Source of the DNA: Podarcis liolepis
Taxonomy: Eukaryota
Direction: 5' to 3' (one strand)
Length of the DNA: 64,000 bases
NCBI GenBank assembly: GCA_965112155.1
Contig: OZ218103.1
The notes under the pieces were generated by a model. It was not told the DNA's origin. It did no database searches and was given only the letters and a program-made list of their open reading frames with translations. A program made the position numbers and the translations under genes. Of this stretch, positions 37,533 through 48,360 are shown piece by piece; the first letter of the stretch is position 1; every line of letters begins with the position of its first letter.

Positions 37533-40269
37533 GTCACAATATGCTCTGACTGAGATAATGAAGTAGGTTTCAGGTTTGTTTGTGTAGAAGACACCTGTCC
37601 AATTTGCCCTAAAATGTGACACATCTAAAAAGTGCTGCACTTGAAACCTTGTCTCTTATTTTCCCACCTGTTCTTTCTGGATATAATGACTTTTCGGGGT
37701 CTCATTATTTATAACAATACAAAATACAGTGGTCAAGCAATGATGTTGGGAGGGGGTATGGGGGGGCTGGGCCCTGGATCTTTTGTACTAGACCCTAGAT
37801 CTGGTGTCCATCCATCCCCATGTCTCCCCTTTATTTCATATTTGAATTTACTTACAGGGCAGCTTTCCCTCTGAGTCACTATACATTTGCATTAGCAAAC
37901 TTGTATGTAAATGTGTGTCATGGTCCTACCTCAAGTCCTTTTAAGGCTGCAGGAACATCCCTGTAGTCAAAATTTAACACCCTGTTTTGATTTATTACTA
38001 GCTTGTTTAAAATCCTTATGAAACAAGTGCTTTTTAAAGATTCTAGGTTTCCATAAGGTGCCCTAATGACAGCAGTGAACAAGAATGTAGCAGCTGTGCT
38101 TCTGCTGGTCAACCTATTCTCTCAAATACTTTCAAAATTGAGGCTTGCAAATGCCTTACTACTTACTTTTGGAATTAAAAATGCCAGCTTGCTTGGACTG
38201 CATAGCAGCACTACAAAGGATTAACCATGGCCTACTTGGCCTATTCAGTTCATTGGGGAATCTGTATGGTTTATGTTGGACTTGGACCAAGACATCTGAG
38301 AAAACTGTCCTCTCTTGGGTGGCTTTGAGTAACTGACTGTTATTTGAAAGGACAAGTGACATAAGGCAGGGCTACTTTAGTGGTGGCCCTTCACCTCTGA
38401 AATTCCCTCCCAAATGGCATTTGATATTCAGCCACTGCAAAAAATAAATAAGTAAAAAGAGTTGAACTTGTCCAGGCATTCAGATGTTGAAGTAGTATTT
38501 GTGGTGAGGTTCTACAGTTTTATCACAGATGTTCATTGTTTTTATTTGAGTATTTTCTTTTGATTACGGTAATTTATTATTGCTGTAAGCTGCCTATGCT
38601 CCATTTTAGAGAAAGGGCACAATATAAATCTATCAAATAAATAACACCTTCCTTGCAGATGATGATAAAATGGAATAAGCTCCCATACACTACCCTGAGT
38701 ACCTTGAAGGAAAGGCAGGGTACACATGTAATAAAGCAAACTTAAAATACTAAAAGTGTCAAAATTCAAATAGGGGTGAGGTTCAGGATATTGTCAGTCG
38801 TGAAGAAATAGTAACTATGTTCTCAAAAGTCTTTTTGTCACTTTATCGTATGACAGGAGTGGGTTGACATGCACTATGTACTTAAAACTACACCTCTTGC
38901 ACCACCAGTTGCATGACAAACTTTGGTTACAGTCCAAACTCCTGATCTGCTGCACTGGGAGGTGGGTGCTGGATGGTGCAAAGACTAGAAAAGCTGGTGT
39001 CAGTCTCCTGACTGCTGGCCTGGAGCACTCCGTGCTGCCTACTGAAAGTGCAGCAGAGCACTTGGAAAGCTCTAAAATAGGGTGTTGTGGAAGCAGGGAA
39101 GGACTGAGCAGACTACAATCCACTGGAGCCATTCCAACTGGCATAATCTGATGGCATCAGGCGTGATCACTCTGCCTGTCTTTCCACCTTCTGTCCTAGC
39201 AGGTGTAAACAATGAACAAGGCTGCAGTTGCAGTGGTGATTGCTGCTTCATCACACCTTGCCTTTGCCCAGATGGGGTTTGAATTGCTCTGCCAGAAAGC
39301 AATAGGACTTAGTTGGAATCGCTTGCTTGTTGCAGCATAATTAATCTGTGCTAAATTATCCTGTGTATGCTTTCTTGCTTGGTCTTGGTTTCCAGTACAG
39401 CACACAACGTGTGCTAAGAGCTTTCTGAGATAGAACTAACACGGTGAGAAGTGGGTGAGACTACAGTCCATTCTCCATGATATGCTAGCTTGTGTTGGTG
39501 GATTTGTGTTTTTTGCATGGGAGTGTTCAAAGCCTGTGGTGACATTCTAATTTAACATCTCATTCTGCATGTGTAGATTAGGTTTTAAACATGTAAGTCA
39601 TAGTATTATTATTATTTAACTTATATCCCACCCTTCCAAAGAAGCCCAGGGTAGCAAACAATGAGCATTAAAGCAGTAAATGCATCTTAAATGCAGGATC
39701 AACCAAGGTCCACCTGGCTCAGGATTTTTGGGAAATCCTAGAAATCACTAGGAGGAGGTCTGCCAAAAATGGGCTACTGCAGCAGGGCCTACCCCCTAAC
39801 CCAGGGGTGTATGAAGATGGGATCAACACCCCCCTCCCCTTGCCACCTTGAGGCCAGTCAGCTGGAAACAAGGTCAAAACAATCAAGGACTTTTTGAGCA
39901 TATACATTTCAGCCCATGAATTCATTTTCAGAAGCAAAACGCCATTCCTGCCCCCCCCCCCGTTTTCTTCATTCTGGTAGCTATTTGGAGAGCAAAAACA
40001 GTTTAAAAAAATGGAAGTCAGAAATCCTTGATGATCTTAACTGCAGATTGCCCAGAGTCCTACCAATAGATGCTGACCCCCACCTTCTTTCTCACTAGCA
40101 GTGAAACAGATTCTACTGGGACAGAATCCTGAAATTCCCACACTAGCCTTCCTCTGAGGATTACAGGGCGGTAGACAATATAATTAAACGAAAATGCAAA
40201 CCTTAGCAACAAACAAAAACAGTAACCGCCCTCCCCTACACAGTTTTAAAGGCCATAGATTGGGTAATT

Positions 40270-41070
40270 AAAGGCCTGAATGGCAGCGTTCCCACCGCAC
40301 TCCGAAGAGGCGGTCGGGGGGGGGGGACCCTCCGTGGAGTCCCTGAGCGCTTCCCCACCCACTCGTGGGTCGGAAGCGTGAAGCTGCTCTCCGGGCTGGG
40401 CCCCAACCGCGAGGCGCCTCGAACCCGCGTCTCGCCATCACAGCCAGCCCCGGACTCGGAGGGGCTGAGGGGCGGCTTTACGGCAAGGCCGCGAAGCAGC
40501 GGCGGCGAGGTAGGCGTTTGTGTCCCGCGGAGAAACGGGGCTTCCCGCCTTGCCAACGCAGGGCTCGCGGCCGGCCCCGGTGCCGCTTCCAGCCAGGCCA
40601 GGCCGGGCGAGGAAGAAGCCTCTCCTCCCCGGCGTAGTAGCGCGCCGGCGCCGGCTGAGGGAGGCAGGGCCCGGGCGGGGCGCGTCGGGGAAGCGAGCGT
40701 GGAGGCCAGCGGAGGTGAATGGGGGGAGGAAGGGCGCTTGTGAGCAGCGCCTCCCTCTGTCCCTCCTTGGGGTGAGGCGGCGCGTCTGACTCAACAGAGG
40801 AGGGCGAAGGAAAGTTTCTCCCCAGCCTCTGGCGGTGCGGTGCCTGCCCTGCCTCTCTTCGCCACCCGTGGGCCGGCGGGCAGCCAGGCAAGGCCACCCT
40901 GCCCTCCTCTCTCTCTCTCTCCATGGAAACTTCTCACCCGGGAAGCTCCACTTTGGGCTTCAATCCCACGAGGGTAAGAAGAAGCACGCGGGTTGTGAGA
41001 GAAATTTGGGAGTGGGGCCTTTTAAATTCCGCCACCCGGTAGTTGGAAGTCGCCGCTGTAGTTGCATCGG
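40270..41070. promoter_or_regulatory. CpG island 2, probable second internal promoter
   Basis: About 0.8 kb dense in CpG with GC boxes (gggcggggc near 40673, ggggcgg near 40469). Splice-donor-like sites at 40510 (gtaggc), 40772 (gtgagg) and 40974 (gtaaga). Confidence 0.8.
40923..40973 (+). other. Candidate alternative first exon ORF or uORF (METSHPGSSTLGFNPTR)
   Basis: tccATGG context after a (CT)n tract, 17 open codons, then AGG|gtaaga at the CpG island edge. Phase 0, so coding status is uncertain. Confidence 0.4.
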
Positions 41071-42720
41071 GACTGCTTTGGGCTGCCTTTGTGGAAGGGG
41101 AAATGAGGTCGTTTGGGTATGTTGGGGTTTGTTTTCTCTCTCACATCTATCTCTCTCTCCTACTTTTGATTTTTAATTAGGTTTAATTTTGGTGATCGGC
41201 TCCCAAGGGATGTGTATTGATGGGAGCGTATATAATTATAATTAATAAAAACAAACTTCCGGGGTAAACCACAGGAGAGTAATGGCATTTCTTGGTCGCT
41301 GCTGCTGTTACTAGGATACCTTTAAACTGTAACCACAGCCCCTATAAGATGGGGGGGGGGGGAGAGAGAGATCTTATTTTACAATATAGGACTGCCTTTT
41401 TAAAAAAGTGAAAATATTTCACAATTGCCAGTTTTGACATGTCATTTTAAGCCCTAAATGATTGCATGTAGAATTCTGTTTTCATTCTTCAGAAACCTGT
41501 AAAGTCACTTTCCTAGTTTGCCATTTTCAGGCTTTTAATGTTTTGGAGAGGGTGTGTTTTAATGGTGTCTCTGTGTTGCAATGTAATTACCGGTGAGCTA
41601 ACCGTGTGTTCTTAATAAGTGTGGTAGCTTAGGAGGAGTGAAAGGAGCTTGACTCCCAAGGGTTGTGGCTTTGTCAAAAACTGAAAGCAAAAAAGTGAAA
41701 GCAATCATCTGCTTCATCTCTAGAGTATTAGTAGTGCATGTGCTGGCTGGGGTTGATGGGAGCTGTAGTCTAAAACATCTAAAGGGTACTAGGTTAGCAA
41801 AAACTGGGCTAAAATCACACTCCATCCCTCTAGCATACTCCTTCATCATTTCCAGTCTTATGATACTGAGACAATTTAAAGGGAAAGTTGACTCATGCTA
41901 CTGGTTAGTGATTACCTGCCAAACATATGTTGCATGTACATTATGAGTCAAACTTCAACCTACAGTAGCTCTATATTATTTCAAGAAGATTTTTGTGTTC
42001 TTTAATCCTGTGTCCCCATCTTTAAACTAGGTGCTTCAAGCAGTCTTGCCAGCTTGGTATTTAGGTACCGGTAACTGTCAGTATTTTAGCTGCTTCTGAG
42101 TTGTATCCCATCTAAGTTTGCCTTTTACATGAGCTTCCCCCTCCCCCTTGCAGTTTGTAAATACAGAATTTACTTACATAAATATATAGCTTTTCTTTCG
42201 TATAGGTGTCAGTGGAAGGTCGCATTGGCAGGCATTTCAGTTGCATATAACTATGCAGCAGTATTTTACTCATTCCAACACTTTGTGTTTGCTCCTGTGT
42301 TCAGTGGGGTCCACTTTCAATTAAGTGTACTTCAGATTGCAGCCCTGTCTTACCTCCTTTGGCATACATGGCACTTGACAGGAAGTCAGAGGACAGGTCC
42401 CTGCCCCTGGAGCAAAAAACAAAAGCAGGGGTGAGCAAGGAAGAATACGTGGCTATTTCAGTTATATTTGTTTAGGTTCCATTACAGGATGCATTACAGA
42501 ATAGGATGTTATGTGCTTCTTGAATTCATCATGTAGAGCATGGGGATAAAACTCCTTTGAACTCAGTTCATCATGGGTGTTTACTGACCACAGTGCTGTC
42601 AGTTGTTAATATACTTTGTATTTAATGCCTATTGAATTTCATGTTATCTCAAATGTGGTTCAAACTGTCTGGTTCTTTATACTGAAGTCATGATTTCTAG
42701 TGAAATAACTGCATGCAGTA

Positions 42721-42973
42721 CAGTGGTGCCCCGCAAGACGAATGCCTCGCAAGACGAAAAACTCGCTAGACGAAAGGGTTTTCCGTTTTTGCGTTGCTTC
42801 GCTAGACGAATTTCCCTATGGGCTTGCTTCGCAAGACGAAAACGTCTTGCACTTTTTTTTTAAAGCCACTTGAAGAGGCGCAGTTGCGACGGACCGTGCT
42901 TCGCAAGACGAAAAATATCGCAAGACGAAAAGACTCACGGAACGAATTCTTTTCGTCTTGCAAGGCACCACTG
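42721..42973. mobile_element. pogo/Tigger-like MITE (cgcaagacgaa subfamily)
   Basis: TIRs cagtggtgccccgcaagacgaa / ttcgtcttgcaaggcaccactg, TA TSD, seven direct cgc(a/t)agacgaa copies. Confidence 0.9.
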
Positions 42974-44750
42974 TAGTGTCTCATTATTCATTAGCACAAG
43001 CTTTGAGGTATATTTTTGAGTCCAAAGACAGAACTGGGCTAGTCCTTTATGACGGCTGAGTTTGCTTTTAAGTAATTTTTGTCAATCTCAGGTATGGAGG
43101 CTGCTTTCTTCTGCAGTTTCTATTTCTAGCTACACTCCCTTTGATTGAGTGTCTGTGAACAGATCATTAAATAAGGTAAGTGTTTCTGTATTCCTTCAGT
43201 TCTTTCTTCTCTCTCATCATTGGATAGGACAAAAAAGTCATAGGCTCATAAAAGGAGCATTAACACTGTACCTTTTGCATTAATTCGCTCCAGCTTTTCT
43301 TCTGTTACTTTTATACACTGCCTTAACTGCTCCCCCTTGCACTGTGAAACTTCTGTACTACAGGATGTTGTCTCCAAAGTTTAGGTTGTGATAACTCAAA
43401 ATAAATTTCCTATGTAGACCAACACTATTCCTAATGGGATTTCTCATACCCATAACACTTTCCTGCAGATACTTTCAGGTATGTTTGATGCTGTTGAAAT
43501 AAGTCTGCCTTGTAGTCCAGAGCTCTTGAGAACTGAACAAGTGAGAGCCTACAATTATGTGAGCTAAACTTCCAGACAATCTGAAATTAGCGTTGTATGA
43601 ACTTGAATTTTAGCTGCAAAGTATGTCCTTTATAGCCAATACATGAAATGGGTTTTTTCCTTGCCCAACCCTCTGCAGCGCCACTTAATTTTGCAACTGC
43701 AAAGTTGCTACTCCACCCTGAGGTCTTAACATCCTAATTACTTGTTGTGAGGTATAGCTTTTGGCTAGAGCTACTAAAACTAAACAGGAGCATAGTCCTG
43801 TTTCTGTCTTTTCTCTACTGGATCTTGGGTTCTTGAGGGTGTACTCTCTCATTCAATACACACACTTATTATAAAATAAGATTTGCATGGTGTTTCTCAG
43901 CTTTAGAAGACTTTAGCATTTTATCAGAAGCCTTCATTGGTGACACTTTTGAGGTGCTGCAGTACTATTGAAGTCTGTTGTGTTGTTGCTTTTAAGGACA
44001 TTACCATCCTCAAAAACGCTTTGCTCACCTGCGTGTGTCCATGGAACACAAGAGTAGTATAAGCAATCTCATCTACTAAAGACAGAGCAAGACAGAGTTT
44101 GTGGATTTGAGAAGAGTCAGTGTGGTATAAGTTATGATAGTGCAGTCCATTGCTTCAGTCTGCCTCTTTATTCTGCCTTCCTCAAAACTATTTCAGTAGT
44201 ATATCTTGGGGATCGTATTCTTGTTGGGTATTTTATTATGGGTTGATTTTTGTTGTGATTCCCCAGATTTTTAAGCTTAAGAGCTGCATATCAGAATCCG
44301 GATTTAGGGGCCTATGCCTGGCTCATCATCAGCTCATCTGAGCAGCACATTCGTCTTCTCCTACTCAGCCCTTCTCCAATCCAGTGGAGCATCCTACTGT
44401 TCTACTGCTGTGGCTTTTTCTCTGCCTTGTAGGTCCTAGCCTGTAGCTGTAAAGAGGACACTGTGCCAGGCAACTCTTGTGCACAAGAAAATACTACTTT
44501 AATTTCTATTCTCATGCTTTGAAATGCTTGGACCTGCTATTTGCTCACTTGGCATAGAACAGTACTGGCATTGTTCCCTTCCCTCCTCACCCCAAAACCC
44601 CAAGGAAACGAATTTAGGAAGTATGTAGTTTTTAATTTTAAAAAATTCTTTGAAATCAGAATTCAGAGAAAAGGAGGTTGTTTCTTGCTCTCCTAGCCAG
44701 GGGATTTTCCCCCACAAAGACTACAGAGATTTCCATGTATTCTGTGTATG

Positions 44751-44753
<3 letters not shown>

Positions 44754-44786
<33 letters not shown>

Positions 44787-44809
44787 ACACACACAGAGAG
44801 AGAGAGAGA
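44754..44809. repeat. Compound microsatellite (TG)n(AC)n(AG)n
   Basis: Read directly. Confidence 0.95.
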
Positions 44810-46184
44810 GCTTACAGGAACTAGTAATGTATTTTAAAGCTTTTACCATTTCCATTATGGAACACTGTTTTTGTTTTGCTTTTTAAGATACAGTTGGGCA
44901 GATCTAAATATAGCAGGCATTCCTGAAACCCATTAGATTGAGCTCATTAAGTTATTTGTACGTTCTATAATTTGCTTTCCTATTTTTGTCAGTTACAAAG
45001 TCTTTGTGTGCCTATAAAGCCTGTTCTACTGCTCTCTAATTGGCCACCTCCTGTTTGACTGATTCATTTCTGTCGGAAACAGTTGCTACAGAAACAGTTA
45101 GTGATGTCATGTCACAAACTTGTGGTATCATTGAATGTGTAGAACAGGAGGTGTCTGGTTCTGCATCTAAGCTTTTTCTCATTTTAGACTGGTTTTGCAA
45201 AATTGCAGAAATGGTTCAGTGGGTTCAATGGAATTAAATATGGTATCTAGCCAAGTTGCAGTTCTCTTCCCAAACTCTGGAATTTGCGCTGGGTGGAGGC
45301 CTTACACACTTTGGCAAATATTAGATGTCCTCTATTTTTGCGGCTATGCTTACTGAAGGTGGCAGAAGCTCAAAAACCTTCAGCTGCTGTTTATTGACTG
45401 AAGCTCTGTTAACAAACATTTGTTTGTGCACTGTCTTAAATATCTGTTAGGCTGAGTTCCAGTGGCAGCATTTGATACACGATTGACTTTGGCCTCTGTA
45501 CAGACTAGTAGCAGACTTGCTAAGCTCTTCCAAGTTTTCATTTTCACTTGTTGAAGAGCGTAGGACACGGTAGAAGCACTTCCAATTCACTTCCTTTCAA
45601 CAATCCTTGTATAAGTATTTCAGAGTCTGCAGCCGTCATGTTTACTCACATGATGAATTGGACTCTCTGCCAAGACCTGTGTAATGTGATGAGGTCACAG
45701 ACACTAATGTGATTTGACTTGCTGCATGTCATAAAGGATGAGCTAGTGTGGTTGTAAAAACTGGCTTATTCATTTTTTAAATCATGGGTAACGAAGCTAG
45801 AAAAGTGAGTTATAGGGAATAATTGGCCTATTAATACCCTTTTATTAGAGAGGTAGAAGGAATTTAAATAAACTGCATCCGTGTTTGTCTTGGGGGTCTG
45901 TGACACTGGTGCAGTGCATCAAATCTATACACCCTACATGTACCAGATTCTTCAGCCTGTGCTGGTTTTCTCATCCATATAGGTCACAGAAGGGTTGGAA
46001 GATGTCATGGATTGTATAACATCCACAGCTGGCTTCCCAGGGTCCCTGCAGGAGTGTCTTGGGAGTTAAAGTCTCTGATATGACCAGGTGTCTTCCTGCA
46101 CTTCTGTATGTGTGGGGGGGGGGGATCTGATGAAGAGCCCAAGAAGCTGACACCAGGACATTCCCCATTTTCTGACCTTGCATC

Positions 46185-47345
46185 CATTAATCTATTTGCA
46201 TACCACATATCATAAAAACATCTCATGGCAGCTTACAATAAAATCCATTAAAATACAATAACAGCAAAATAAACTTAACAGCTTTGGTAGGCAGTTCAAA
46301 ATATAAAAATTATGACAAATGACTGCAAAGCCTTCAGTAAAGACATATAGTTTCAGCATGCACTGTCAATGCACAGGAAAAAAAACCCTCTTCCTGGTTG
46401 CTGCAAGATGAGCTTCCACATAACCATGAAGATCTCAGCAGATGGCCCTAATGACCAGGAAGGTCTGTACAGGAGAAGGCGTTCCTTTGGATTCCTAGTC
46501 CCAAATTATTTAAGGCTTTGTAGGTTGATACCAAACCTTAAACCTGGCCCATTAGCAAATTGGAATCAAGTCTTGAGGTTGTGTATGCATAGTTCACCAA
46601 GCTGGTAAAAGATGCTTTTATCCACTACAGCCACTTGGGCTTTCCAAGTCAAAAATAGTTCCTGGAGCACCCCCAGACTACATACCTACTCCTTCAGAAC
46701 CCTTGCCAGCATTCAACGTCAGGTTATTGACCCTTATCTAGCCCATTGCTGTGCCCAAACACCAATCCACAACCAGACACCGATCCAGAACTTGTATGGC
46801 CATGCCTGATTCAGATGGAGAAATCAAGCTGAGTATTATCACTATAATGATGTTGTTGTGCTTCAGATCCTCTAATGCCGGCTTCTAGCAGTTTCATATG
46901 GACGCTGAACAGCACTGAAGATGATATGGGACTCTGTTTTACTCCATAGCTGAGCCGCCAAGGTACAATCATCCAGTGCTACTCTGATACCAACCCTAAA
47001 AGTAGGAGCAGAACCACTGTAACACAGTGTTTCCTACTTCCAACCCTCTGAGCAAGTCCAGCATGATACAGTGACTACGTTATCAAAAGCTACTGAGAGC
47101 TCAAGCAAAATGCCAGGGTTGCACTACCATGTCCCTGTCAGGGTAACCAATGCTGATTCACTTCCAAAACCAGGTGTGAACTCAGAGTGAAATGAGTCCA
47201 GATAACTGGTTTCTTCCAAGTGCTTGGGTTGGGTTGTCACTGCCCTCTCAGTCACTATCTCCCAAAAGGGTGTATCGGCAACTAGACAGTAGCTGTCAAA
47301 TACCCTGGATCCAGGGTGTTACTTTAACAGGTATTGTGCCTTAGC
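46185..47345 (-). mobile_element. Degraded L2 LINE (RT remnant plus 3' end)
   Basis: Minus strand near 47080-47106 reads LELSVAFD (cf. LDLSAAFD RT motif), followed by a TVLQWF-like segment. L2-type 3' end near 46190-46270. Many disruptions. Confidence 0.75.
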
Positions 47346-48190
47346 AAAGTGATGCATACATCACACCACTCTGTTTTCCCCCTGTCAGCTAGTTTGAACT
47401 TGAATTTGGCACATTTTGGCTGGGAACCAACTTGAAAAACATTCTAGCATAGTTGGGGCGCATGCATACATAGGAGCTTAGAGCAATTTTACTTTGATGC
47501 TGTCACACTTTACATTCTTGTTATTCCAGTCTAACATGGAAAACTCCGCATTCCAAATTGTGTGACGTGGGCATATGTTCAAAAGATTATTAAATAATAT
47601 TGGTTCATATCATTTTTAATAAGATGAAAAGGCGTTGTGAAGACCAAACTACACAAGGCAGTGGGAGATCCACGATCAGATTTCCTCTGTGCTTCCCTCC
47701 ACAAACACATTTATTGAATTTTCTAAACACAAATTATAAATAGAAAAAAAGAAGTTACAATAACAAACAGTATCCACATACTAGGAAAATTAAGAGATAG
47801 TATAGTTGCCATTTATCAACAACTTCTCCTGTGGTTTTGAGTTAAAATGCAGCCACGGGGAAGCCCCCATTCCCATTCGATTGAGGCTGTAGTACTGGCA
47901 AGGTTTTAAATCAATCTATCTTGTATTTTCACAATATAAGTTGCCTGCTCCCATGCTAGCATTTGCCTGGGGTGGGGCGAGGAACATGTGCCTTTGCTTC
48001 AAGAGGGAGAACAAGTTAGATAAGGAAAATGGCACAGGAGAGAAGGGTTTTTTAAAAGCCTGCACCATGTGGTCTTGATCTAATCTGGGGTTCCCAACCT
48101 CTTAGCACTTCTCACAAACAAGGATCAGAGGTGAGTCAGGAAGCAAGCCCCAAACAAAAGGAAATCGTTTTTGATGGGCTTCCCTAATAA

Positions 48191-48360
48191 GTGGAATTTG
48201 CTGCCAAGGAGTGTGGTGGAGTCTCCTACTTTGGAGGTCTTTAAGCAGAGGCTTGACAACCATATGTCAGGAGTGCTCTGATGGTGTTTCCTGCTTGGCA
48301 GGGGGTTGGACTCGATGGCCCTTGTGGTCTCTTCCAACTCTATGATTCTATGATTCTATA
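48191..48360 (+). mobile_element. CR1 LINE 3' end, 5'-truncated
   Basis: gtggtggagtctcctactttggaggtctttaagcagaggcttgac and canonical (attctatg)n tail. Confidence 0.88.

Noticed and set aside
40236-41176. Multiple 90-148 aa ORFs over CpG island 2
   Set aside because: Same GC-content artefact; no recognisable domain.
42721-42973. Short direct repeats with spacers superficially like a CRISPR array
   Set aside because: 11-bp subterminal repeats inside a TA-flanked MITE in a vertebrate intron, irregularly spaced, with no cas genes.
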